Shown here: piece after piece, positions 52,922 to 64,000 of the stretch
How positions within the stretch are numbered: position 1 is the stretch's first letter
Layout: the number at the start of each line of letters is the position of its first letter
Origin: Eledone cirrhosa
Taxonomy: Eukaryota
Reading direction: 5' to 3'
NCBI GenBank assembly: GCA_964016885.1
Contig: OZ024759.1
Span: 22,878,001 to 22,942,000 of the forward strand
Length of the DNA stretch: 64,000 bases
Notes under the pieces: generated by a model
What the model saw: the letters and a program-made list of their open reading frames with translations, nothing else
Databases searched by the model: none
What the model was told of the DNA's origin: nothing
Translations under genes and position numbers: made by a program

Positions 52922-54050
52922 AAGAATCAAAGAACTGTTCAAAACATTATTGTGCTTACAGCTGTTTCCTCCAAACCGAGGTTTGGATTCTTCGGAGCAA
53001 TTTATTAATGCATGGACAGTTATATGACCTCCTTTAGACTACAACCACAGAGATCATTAATTTAGAATCCTCGCTCATCATCTATAATTTCCATTTGTGG
53101 CACCTTACGATGGGTTAATCCACCATAATAATATGATCACCTTCAGCATAACTTAATTAAACTACTCTATAGTTAATACACTTTATGCTTTAAAAATTTT
53201 CTTGGAGGATGCGCATCACCATAGAAATTAGGGCCTATATTGACACATTTTAATAGCTAGGTATAGAAACCCCGGAGTTACCTCCCCGCATGCATTAACT
53301 CCCCTTAGCCACACACACACTTCCGGGTGCTATTCAATGGCGTTTCTCGAAACGTAACAGCCTCCTGTATTGAACTAAGGAACACCAGACTACGATCTCT
53401 AACTGGATTGTCAAACGCTCAATATCGGATTGTCGTGGATTATGTGAGGGGCATATAATCGAAAAATACACTCCCCTGACCATGAAAATGCCGAAGTACA
53501 TGAAATACTTGACACCCCTTCGCTGTGCATCTCCAATACTTTTAACACTTTTAATGCTTGCACTATTTTTAATGCTTATAACATCTCTCCATACACAGAC
53601 TATATCAATCATATAAAGAATTTGCCACCAGATCTACCAACCTAACACTCTTGTTTACCTACCTAAGTGCCTCTACCACACATATCTCTCTGCCACACTA
53701 TATAAACAAGACGCACATGCGTGCCACACATATAACATTTGCACTATATAACCGCTTATCTTCATGCTGTATTTTAACCTGTATTTTTGATTTTTGATTG
53801 TACCTCTTAATATAAATGTAATCTCGAAGTGTGTACTGCCACTCTAAATTCTGTAATGAATGTTGACCCACAATGTTTGAATATGTATCAATGTTTGAAT
53901 TTGTATCGGTATGTCTCTCGGCTGAAAAGGAGGTCATATAACTGTCCATGCATTAATAAATTGCTGCGAAGAATCCAAACCTCGGTTTGGAGGAAACAGC
54001 TGTAAGCACAATAATGTTTTGAACAGTTCTTTGATTCTTATATTTCATAT
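52911..54050. mobile_element. 1.14-kb element with 125-bp terminal inverted repeats, each holding a degenerate hammerhead motif (probable Penelope-like remnant)
   Basis: 52911-53035 versus 53926-54050: one mismatch seen. Same family as 20940-21065. Confidence 0.8.
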
Positions 54051-54233
54051 AACTGCTCTGTAAATCATCTGATGTTTTTACATTGAGCTACTTAACTTAC
54101 TGGTAATAAGGTAGTAATACATTACTGCCTACCACTATTTAGGATGTGTGTAAAATACTTATAACTGCATAAGGTTTTGTATTTACATAACCATAAATAG
54201 TATAACTAATACTATATATATATATATACACAA

Positions 54234-54266
<33 letters not shown>

Positions 54267-54271
54267 CACAA

Positions 54272-54309
<38 letters not shown>

Positions 54310-54313
54310 ACAA

Positions 54314-54346
<33 letters not shown>

Positions 54347-54398
54347 CACATGTATATACATATATATATACATGTATATACATATATATATACATATT

Positions 54399-54438
<40 letters not shown>

Positions 54439-54496
54439 TAAATACGTATATACATATACATATATATATATACACATATATATACATACATATATA

Positions 54497-54703
54497 TATG
54501 GTGGCTGCCAACTCGTTTTCGAGTACGGCCACTACTTTATATCCATGTAGGAGAACCCCTACCGATGCGCTGAACGAGTGTGACTTTTTAGTCCAGCCAG
54601 CGACTTGAAAACTCTGGTACAAACACTACACTTGTGACACATAGTGCTGGGCCCACTCTCTTAACCAAGATGATATTTACCAAAAAGAGGAACAAGTCAA
54701 CAT
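54497..54703 (+). mobile_element. Family D repeat with an internal deletion
   Basis: Matches the reverse complement of 19418-19741, with about 100 bp missing at a CCCA microhomology. Confidence 0.75.
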
Positions 54704-55136
54704 ATATATATACATACATATATATATATACACATACATATATATATATACACATACATATATACATACATACATATATATTTATATATATATATACATA
54801 CATATACACATACATATATATACACATACATATATACATACATATATACATATATATATATATACATACATATACACATACATACATATATACATATAGA
54901 TATATATATACATACATAATACACACACATATATATATACATACATTTATATATGCGTACATATACATACATATATATGCATATACATACATACATATAC
55001 ATACATATATATGCATACGTGTACATGCATATATATATATATATACACACACATGCATGCCTGTATATACACACATGCATGCCTGTATATATACACATAT
55101 ATATATGTGAATGTGTTTGTGTCTTCTTGAGTATGC

Positions 55137-55195
<59 letters not shown>

Positions 55196-56073
55196 TATGT
55201 TACGTAAGTGGTGCCACAGCATGGCCGCTGTCTAATGCCTGAATCAAACTGAAGAATTACAGAATATGAAATAATTCAGATTCCAGACAGACAAAATTTC
55301 TGCAAATGAAACTAACTATCCAAGCGCCAACACCAACCTCCACCATCACAAATCCAGGCCACTAAACCATTTTAAGCCTTTCCCACATCATCAACCACAC
55401 CACCTACAAGCTATTGTCTTGCTCCATTCACTGAATAACTGCCTGCTCGGTGTTAAACCAGAAATCTAATTATCGTGCTTTTCTTGGCCAAAGGAAAGAT
55501 TTTATCCGGATAACAAAGATGGAAATCGTATTAAAAGGTTTGGCGACCCACAGTCTGTTTTTGGTGTGAATAATAATAGTGCTGTTGATGGTGGTGGTGG
55601 TGATGGTGGTGGTGGTGGTGGTATTGGTGGTGGTTGTGGTGGTAGTTATGGTATTGGTGGTTATGGTGATAGTTATGGTATTGGTGGTGGTGGTGGTTAT
55701 GGTGATAGTTATGGTATTGGTGTCGGTGGTGGTGGTGGTTATGGTATTGGTGGTGGTTATGGTGATAGTTATGGTATTGGTGTCGGTGGTGGTTATGGTG
55801 GTGGTGATAGTTATGGTATTGGTGGTGGCGGTTATGGTGGTGGTGATAGTTATGGTATGATGGTGGTGGTAGTGGTGATAGTTATGGTATTGATGGTGGT
55901 GGTAGTGTTGCTGACGGCAATGATGATGATAAAGATGGCAATGATTACAGCGATGATAATAGTATTACTGATGATGGTGTTATTGTTGGTGTGGTGGTGT
56001 GGTGGTGTCAGTAATTAAGATGGCAATGGAGATGGTGATGGTGATGATGATAATAATAATAAAACAATAATAA

Positions 56074-56255
56074 TAATAATTGTTTCTACTTTTGGCACAA
56101 GGCCTGCTTCTACCCCAGTGTATTACTGGTACTTTATTTTATCGACCCTCGTAAGGATGAAAGGCAAAGTTAACCTCGGCGCGATTTGAACTCAGAATGG
56201 CAAGGGCCGTAACTCAATGCGTCAAAGCATGGCGTCCGACCCTCTACCGATACTG
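56074..56255 (-). mobile_element. SINE family A
   Basis: Near-identical to 8642-8817. The tail merges into (AAT)n. Confidence 0.9.
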
Positions 56256-56579
56256 CGAGGAAGAGAAGGAGGTGCTGAAGGAAAAACAGAATTTTGAACA
56301 TTCTATTATTGATGATGATGATGATGATGATGAAACGGAATGATAGCGATAAAGGTGATGAGAATGATGAGAATGATAACGAAAGTGGATATTGATAATG
56401 ATGATGATGATGATGATGATGATGACGACGACGACGATGACGACGATGATGATGATGAAAAGTTTAATTATGATATCATACATTGTCACAAAGCTACCAA
56501 TTTGTTGGTATGCAACTGGTCACTATTACTAATTACTTCATTCCCCTGATGTAATGAAAACAAACTTGCTATACAATAC

Positions 56580-59500
56580 GACCTCGTTGTAGGCCAGCTA
56601 AACTTACATGGGTGTGAGTTGTACATAGCATATTTGTATGATCGGCCTGGGGCCCCTATGATTGAAAACCCCAAGAAAACTCATACGAAAATCAACCTGC
56701 TGATAGGCCAGCGCCCCTGTTATTAAAATACCTGAGAAACTTATGCAATAAAAAGCTTTTGTGAGGCTAGTTGAAGCTACATAGGTGTGAGCTGTAACAG
56801 CATGAGAAGACTAGCCTTCTCCCCTTATCATTAAAACACCCGAGAAACTTTCATATGAGATACAACCACGTAGGAGGCCAGCTGAAGTTATATTAGTGAG
56901 TTGTAGCAGCATGACAAGACTAGGGATTCCTATCATTAAAACCCCTGAGAAACCTTCATATGAGACAACCTGGTGGGAGGCCAGCTAAAGCTACATAGGT
57001 GTGAGTTGTAACAACATGACATGACTGGGGATTCCTATCATTAAAACCCCTGAGAAACCTTCATGTGAGACACAACCTGGTGGGAGGCCAGCTAAAGCTA
57101 CATAGGTGTAAGTTGTAACAACATGACAAGACTGGGGATTCCTATCATTAAAACCCCTGAGAAACCTTCATGTGAGACACAACCTGGTGGGAGGCCAGCT
57201 AAAGCTACATAGGTGTGAGTTGTAACAACATGACAAGACTGGGGATTCCTATCATTAAAACCCCTGAGAAACCTTCATGTGAGACACAACCTGGTGGGAG
57301 GCCAGCTAAAGCTACGTAGGTGTGAGTTGTAACATGACAAGACTGGGGGTTCCTATCATTAAAACCCCTGAGAAACCTTCATGTGAGACACAACCTGGTG
57401 GGAGGCCAGCTAAAGCTACGTAGGTGTGAGTTGTAACATGACAAGACTGGGGATTCCTATCATTAAAACCCCTGAGAAACCTTCATGTGAGACACAACCT
57501 GGTGGGAGGCCAGCTAAAGCTACGTAGGTGTGAGTTGTAACATGACAAGACTGGGGATTCCTATCATTAAAACCCCTGAGAAACCTTCATGTGAGACAAC
57601 CTGGTGGGAGGCCAGCTAAGGCTACGTAGGTGTGAGTTGTAACATGACAAGACTGGGGATTCCTATCATTAAAACCCCTGAGAAACCTTCATGTGAGAGA
57701 CAACCTGGTGGGAGGCCAGCTAAAGCTACGTAGGTGTGAGTTGTAACATGACAAGACTGGGGATTCCTATCATTAAAACCCCTGAGAAACATTCATGTGA
57801 GACATAACCTGGTGGGGGGCCAGCTAAAGCTACATAGGTGTGAGTTGTAACATGACAAGACTGGGGATTCCTATCATTAAAACCCCTGAGAAACCTTCAT
57901 GTGAGACACAACCTGGTGGGAGGCCAGCTAAAGCTACATAGGTGTGAGTTGTAACATGACAAGACTGGGGATTCCTATCATTAAAACCCCTGAGAAACCT
58001 TCATGTGAGACACAACCTGGTGGGAGGCCAGCTAAAGCTACGTAGGTGTGAGTTGTAACATGACAAGACTGGGGATTCCTATCATTAAAACCCCTGAGAA
58101 ACCTTCATGTGAGAGACAACCTGGTGGGAGGCCAGCTAAAGCTACGTAGGTGTGAGTTGTAACATGACAAGACTGGGGATTCCTATCATTAAAACCCCTG
58201 AGAAACATTCATGTGAGACACAACCTGGTGGGGGGCCAGCTAAAGCTACATAGGTGTGAGTTGTAACATGACAAGACTGGGGATTCCTATCATTAAAACC
58301 CCTGAGAAACCTTCATGTGAGACACAACCTGGTGGGAGGCCAGCTAAAGCTACATAGGTGTGAGTTGTAACATGACAAGACTGGGGATTCCTATCATTAA
58401 AACCCCTGAGAAACCTTCATGTGAGACACAACCTGGTGGGAGGCCAGTTAAAGCTACATAGGTGTGAGTTGTAACATGACAAGACTGGGGGTTCCTATCA
58501 TTAAAACCCCTGAGAAACCTTCATGTGAGACACAACCTGGTGGGAGGCCAGTTAAAGCTACATAGGTGTGAGTTGTAACATGACAAGACTGGGGGTTCCT
58601 ATCATTAAAACCCCTGAGAAACCTTCATGTGAGACACAACCTGATGGGGGGCCAGCTAAAGCTACATAGGTGTGAGTTGTAACATGACAAGACTGGGGAT
58701 TCCTATCATTAAAATCCCTGAGAAACCTTCATGTGAGACACAACCTGGTGGGGGGCCAGCTAAAGCTACATAGATGTGAGTTGTAACATGACAAGACTGG
58801 GGGTTCCTATCATTAAAATCCCTGAGAAACCTTCATATGAGACACAACCTGGTGGGAGGCCAGCTAAAGCTACATACGTGTGAGTTGTAACAACATGACA
58901 AGACTGGGGGTTCCTATCATTAAAACCCCTGAGAAACCTTCATATGAGACACAACCTGGTGGGAGGCCAGCTAAAGTTATATTGATGTGAGTTGTAACAA
59001 CATGACAAGACTGGGGATTCCTATCATTAAAACCCCTGAGAAACCTTCATATGAGACAACCTGGTGGGGGGCCAGCTAAAGTTATATTGATGTGAGTTGT
59101 AACAACATGACAAGACTGGGGATTCCTATCATTAAAACCCCTGAGAAACCTTCATATGAGACAACCTGGTGGGGGGCCAGCTAAAGTTATATTGATGTGA
59201 GTTGTAACATGACAAGACTGGGGATTCCTATCATTAAAACCCCTGAGAAACCTTCATGTGAGAGACAACCTGGTGGGAGGCCAGCTAAAGCTACGTAGGT
59301 GTGAGTTGTAACATGACAAGACTGGGGATTCCTATCATTAAAACCCCTGAGAAACATTCATGTGAGACACAACCTGGTGGGGGGCCAGCTAAAGCTACAT
59401 AGGTGTGAGTTGTAACATGACAAGACTGGGGATTCCTATCATTAAAACCCCTGAGAAACCTTCATGTGAGACACAACCTGGTGGGAGGCCAGCTAAAGCT

Positions 59501-60790
59501 ACATAGGTGTGAGTTGTAACATGACAAGACTGGGGATTCCTATCATTAAAACCCCTGAGAAACCTTCATGTGAGACACAACCTGGTGGGAGGCCAGTTAA
59601 AGCTACATAGGTGTGAGTTGTAACATGACAAGACTGGGGGTTCCTATCATTAAAACCCCTGAGAAACCTTCATGTGAGACACAACCTGGTGGGAGGCCAG
59701 TTAAAGCTACATAGGTGTGAGTTGTAACATGACAAGACTGGGGGTTCCTATCATTAAAACCCCTGAGAAACCTTCATGTGAGACACAACCTGATGGGGGG
59801 CCAGCTAAAGCTACATAGGTGTGAGTTGTAACATGACAAGACTGGGGATTCCTATCATTAAAATCCCTGAGAAACCTTCATGTGAGACACAACCTGGTGG
59901 GGGGCCAGCTAAAGCTACATAGATGTGAGTTGTAACATGACAAGACTGGGGGTTCCTATCATTAAAATCCCTGAGAAACCTTCATATGAGACACAACCTG
60001 GTGGGAGGCCAGCTAAAGCTACATACGTGTGAGTTGTAACAACATGACAAGACTGGGGGTTCCTATCATTAAAACCCCTGAGAAACCTTCATATGAGACA
60101 CAACCTGGTGGGAGGCCAGCTAAAGTTATATTGATGTGAGTTGTAACAACATGACAAGACTGGGGATTCCTATCATTAAAACCCCTGAGAAACCTTCATA
60201 TGAGACAACCTGGTGGGGGGCCAGCTAAAGTTATATTGATGTGAGTTGTAACAACATGACAAGACTGGGGATTCCTATCATTAAAACCCCTGAGAAACCT
60301 TCATATGAGACAACCTGGTGGGGGGCCAGCTAAAGTTATATTGATGTGAGTTGTAACATGACAAGACTGGGGATTCCTATCATTAAAACCCCTGAGAAAC
60401 CTTCATGTGAGACACAACCTGGTGGGAGGCCAGCTAAAGCTACATAGGTGTGAGTTGTAACATGACAAGACTGGGGATTCCTATCATTAAAACCCCTGAG
60501 AAACCTTCATGTGAGACACAACCTGGTGGGAGGCCAGCTAAAGTTATATTGATGTGAGCTGTAACAACAGCATGATAAGACTGAGGGCTCTTGTCATTAA
60601 AACATCTCAGAAACCTCCATATGAGACACAGCCTGGTGGAAGGCCAGCTAAACCTACATAGGTGAGCTGTAACAACAGCATTATAGGACTGGGGGCACGT
60701 CTCATTAAAACATCCTAGAAACCTCCATATGATACAACTTGGTGGGAGGCCAGCTAAAGCTACCTAGGTGTGAGCTGTAACAACAGCAAC
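56580..60790. repeat. Satellite of about 104 bp, roughly 40 copies, with degenerate edges
   Basis: Unit GACTGGGGATTCCTATCATTAAAACCCCTGAGAAACCTTCATGTGAGACACAACCTGGTGGGAGGCCAGCTAAAGCTACATAGGTGTGAGTTGTAACATGACAA. Period 104 (57661 to 57765). Confidence 0.97.
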
Positions 60791-61004
60791 AACAACACAG
60801 TAGCCACATAGGCAGCTCTCCTGACAGGATAATAACACAAATGCATTGTTATACATGTTCAATTGACTATCAGCTGAGACATCAGCCAAACTTAACTTGA
60901 CCTCACCAAACCAGCTGTCGTTACTTGTTGCTCTTACAAAACACATTCAACAATGTACAATACATATATGGCTGAGGTGAGGTTGAAGGTTTTACTGTAA
61001 TATG

Positions 61005-61965
61005 ATAGTGGTGGGTAGTGTGGTGGTGGTGGTGGTAGTGGTGGTGGTGGTGGTAGTGGGGGGTGGTGGTAGTGGGGGGGGGGGTGGTAGTGAGTGGTGG
61101 TGGTAGTGAGTGGTGGTGGTGGGAGTGAGTAGTGGTGGTGGTGGTGGTAGTGGTAGTGGGTGGTGGTGGTAGTGGGTGGTGGTGGTAGTGGGTGGTCGTG
61201 GTGGTGGTGGTGGTGGTGGTGGTGGTGGTGGTGGTGGTAGTGGTGGTGGGTGGTGGTGGTGGGTGGTGGTGGTGGTGGTGGTGGTAGTGGGTGGTGGTGG
61301 TGGTAGTGGGTGGTGGTGGTGGTGGTGGTAGTGGGTGACGGTGGTGGGTGATGGTGGTGATGGTGGTGGTAGTGGGTGGTGATGGTAGTGGGTGGTGATG
61401 GTGGTGGTAGTGGGTGGTAGTGGGTGTTGATGGTGGTGGTAGTGGGTGGTGATGGTGGTGGTAGTGGGTGGTGATGGTAGTGGGTGGTGATGGTGGTGCA
61501 AGTGGTAGTGGTGGTGGTGGTGGTGGTAGTGGTGGTGGTGGTAGTGGTGGTGGTGGTAGTGGTGGTGGTGGTAGTGGGCGGTGGTGGTGGTAGTGGGCGG
61601 TGGTGGTGGTGGGTGGTGGTGGTGGTGGTAGTGGGTGGTGGTGGTGGTAGTGGGAGTGGGTGGTAGTAGTATTGGTGGTGGTAGTAATGGTGTGTGGTGG
61701 TGGTGGTAGTAGTGGAGGTGGTGGTAGTAGTGGAGGTGGTGGTAGTAGTGGAGGTGGTGATAGTAGTGGAGGTGGTGGAAGTGGTAGTGGAAGTGATATT
61801 GGTGGTGGTAGTAGTGGAGGTTGTAGTAGTAGTCGTGGTGGTAGCAGTGGTACTAGTGATGGTAGTGGTACTGATGGTAGTAGTGGTGGTACTAGTAGTA
61901 GAGGTGGTGGAGGTGGTATTAGTAGTAGTAGTAGTGGTAGTAATAGTGGTGATGGTGGTAATAGT
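61005..61965. repeat. (GGT/AGT)n low-complexity tract
   Basis: Directly visible. Confidence 0.93.
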
Positions 61966-62269
61966 AGAAAGAAAAAATTAACTGCAGCCTATCAGCGTAT
62001 TGTAGATTAGCATAGTAACTGATGAAAATCAGCCCCTCTTTCGTCTCACTTTTAGGTACGCTGTGCCTCTCCCCAGGCCGTAATGGCCCCTTTGAATCCT
62101 TCAGTGTGAAACCCATGCTAGAGAATATAGAAAGTACAGAATGAGAGAGAATCTAAATCAACAGAATTAAGTATTAAACTTTTGAAAAGTTTCGAAATTA
62201 CATTTGCTATTCGGGTAGGCTATTGTAATTGAATAGCATAAGTTAGAAGATAGGGGAGGTGTGGAGTTA

Positions 62270-62490
62270 ATAAGAGAGGAGAGGGGTGGATAGGAGAGGA
62301 GAGGAGAGAAGTGGATAGGAGAGGAGAGTAGTGGATAGGAGAGGAGAGTAGTGGATAGGAGAGGAGAGAAGTGGATAGGAGAGGAGAGAAGTAGATAGGA
62401 GAGGATAGAAGTAGATAGGAGAGGATAGAAGTAGATAGGAGAGGATAGAAGTAGATAGGAGAGGATAGAAGTAGATAGGAGAGGATAGAA
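62270..62490. repeat. 20-bp purine-rich minisatellite (GATAGGAGAGGATAGAAGTA)
   Basis: About 10 copies. Confidence 0.9.
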
Positions 62491-62959
62491 CAATCTCTTG
62501 TTGACGTTAAATAATTTCTATGTCACGTGAAGACAGAAGACAGAAGACAAATAAAGGCCGCCTCGTGACAAAAATTAATTAATTAAACATTCTCCAGGAC
62601 ACCTTTAAGGCAAGCTCAGAACATGGAAAGAAACAAAGTTTAAGATGCTACTCAAAGACTTCACTAATTAATATTGAAAGGTGGAGTGAAAAGAATCACA
62701 ACTTCGTTTCCTACTAATGTAAATTCTACGTTTCGCCACAGTTGATCTTCATAGAGATAGTGGAATTTCGTGTTATGTAATCAAATAATATGCTAATAGA
62801 TTAATAGATTCCAAAAGAGGATGTTTTCACAAGATTCTAACAAACCAAAAGTAGGTGAAGGTGGAGAATTTGATCAGTTGACAATATGTATGTTCTCTGC
62901 GTGGAAAATAGACGTTAAACGATGATGTTATCTAACTATATATATATATATATATATAT

Positions 62960-63330
62960 AGCGTTGCAATCGAAAGGTTGTGAGTTCAATTCTCAGATCA
63001 GACCGGGTGATGTGTTGTTTCCTTGAGCAAGACACTATTTCACATTGCTCCAGTTCACTCAGCTGTAGAAATGAGATGATAGGGACTGGGGTCCCTATCA
63101 TTCCACTGCAAAGTGGTCGTGGAGGTGCCACGGCAAAAAAAAGCACCCAGCCCACACTGTAAAGTGGACGTGTAGGCGCCACAGAAAAAAAGCACCCAGC
63201 ACTCACTGTAAATGAGGTTGGTGTTAGGAAGGGCTTCCAGCTGTAGAAATCAAGCCAGAATCAGTTCCCGTCCCACCCTTGCAAGCAGGGAAAAGCGGAC
63301 GTAAAATGAAATGATGATGAATGATGAATG
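62960..63330 (+). mobile_element. CORE-type SINE with a long 3' part ending in (ATG)n
   Basis: B-box GAGTTCAATTC, CCTTGAGCAAGACACTATTTCACATTGCTCCAGTTCACTCAGCTG, then GGTTGGTGTTAGGAAGGGCTTCCAGCTGTAGAAA...AGCGGACGTAAAATGAAATGATGATG. Confidence 0.8.
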
Positions 63331-63353
63331 ATGAGAGAGAGAGAGAGAGAGAG

Positions 63354-63433
<80 letters not shown>

Positions 63434-63441
63434 AATGTATG

Positions 63442-63477
<36 letters not shown>

Positions 63478-63608
63478 GTTTTATGTTATAAGTATTTCCA
63501 TAGAAAAGGTAAAGTAAAGAAGAGTGCGCTATGTATATTACAGAGCTATTTAATTATATAATAAATATATATATATATATATATATATAGGTTACAGAGC
63601 TTATTAGT

Positions 63609-63798
63609 TATGTAATAAACAACATAAGATAATTATTTCATTTACCAGTCGGTTCTTGAAAGCAAACAAATCTGCTTTCAGTCGTCAGAATGAAAAAAAA
63701 ACATTCAATAAAAACACCATTCTGACGACTGAAAGCAGATTTGTTTGCTTTCAAGAAACCACTGGGAAATGAAATAATTATCTTATGTTGTTTATTAC

Positions 63799-63801
<3 letters not shown>
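63609..63801. mobile_element. 84-bp inverted repeat with a hammerhead-like motif in each arm (24926 family)
   Basis: Arms 63609-63692 and 63718-63801. Each reads CAUU-CUGACGA-stem II-GAA...AAUG and carries a different core defect. Confidence 0.8.
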
Positions 63802-63833
<32 letters not shown>

Positions 63834-64000
63834 TATATATATATATATAATTAGAAAGTGAACAATTGAACAACACAAAATATAAGGTGAGGAAAAACTA
63901 TACTTCAAAATATAAATTGAGACATACATATATACAATATATATATATTGAAACGTGTCACCACAAATAAATATATATACAGACATACACATCTACTCAT

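Noticed and set aside
55566-56018. Gly/Tyr-rich ORF (GGGGYGDSYGIG), reminiscent of structural proteins such as suckerins
   Set aside because: GTG start, no signal peptide or clear splice signals, derived from (GGT)n with a parallel poly-Val frame also open. It cannot be fully excluded without RNA data.

Overview
This is AT-rich, repeat-dominated eukaryotic (animal) genomic DNA. The SINE families and the extreme (TA)n/(CA)n/(GA)n microsatellite load resemble an octopus (coleoid cephalopod) genome; that is an inference from recalled repeat sequences, not a search. No host protein-coding gene can be identified with confidence, and almost every listed ORF is a microsatellite read-through. The window holds many tRNA-derived SINEs (three families), RTE-clade LINE 3' fragments, one 5'-truncated L1/Tx1-like copy with an open zinc-knuckle frame, several mini/satellite arrays and a 200-N gap. 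The most notable signals are four. (1) Four unrelated families of minimal type I hammerhead-ribozyme motifs (plus one atypical family) sit in short remnants embedded in TA/GA microsatellites and are probably Penelope-like element pseudo-LTRs. (2) Long fold-back palindromes have their centre on the hammerhead stem II. (3) Two SINE copies have had an internal piece amplified into a satellite: the A-box head x96 and the CORE-like domain x12. (4) SINEs and a LINE are stacked serially at ATTAT target sites.
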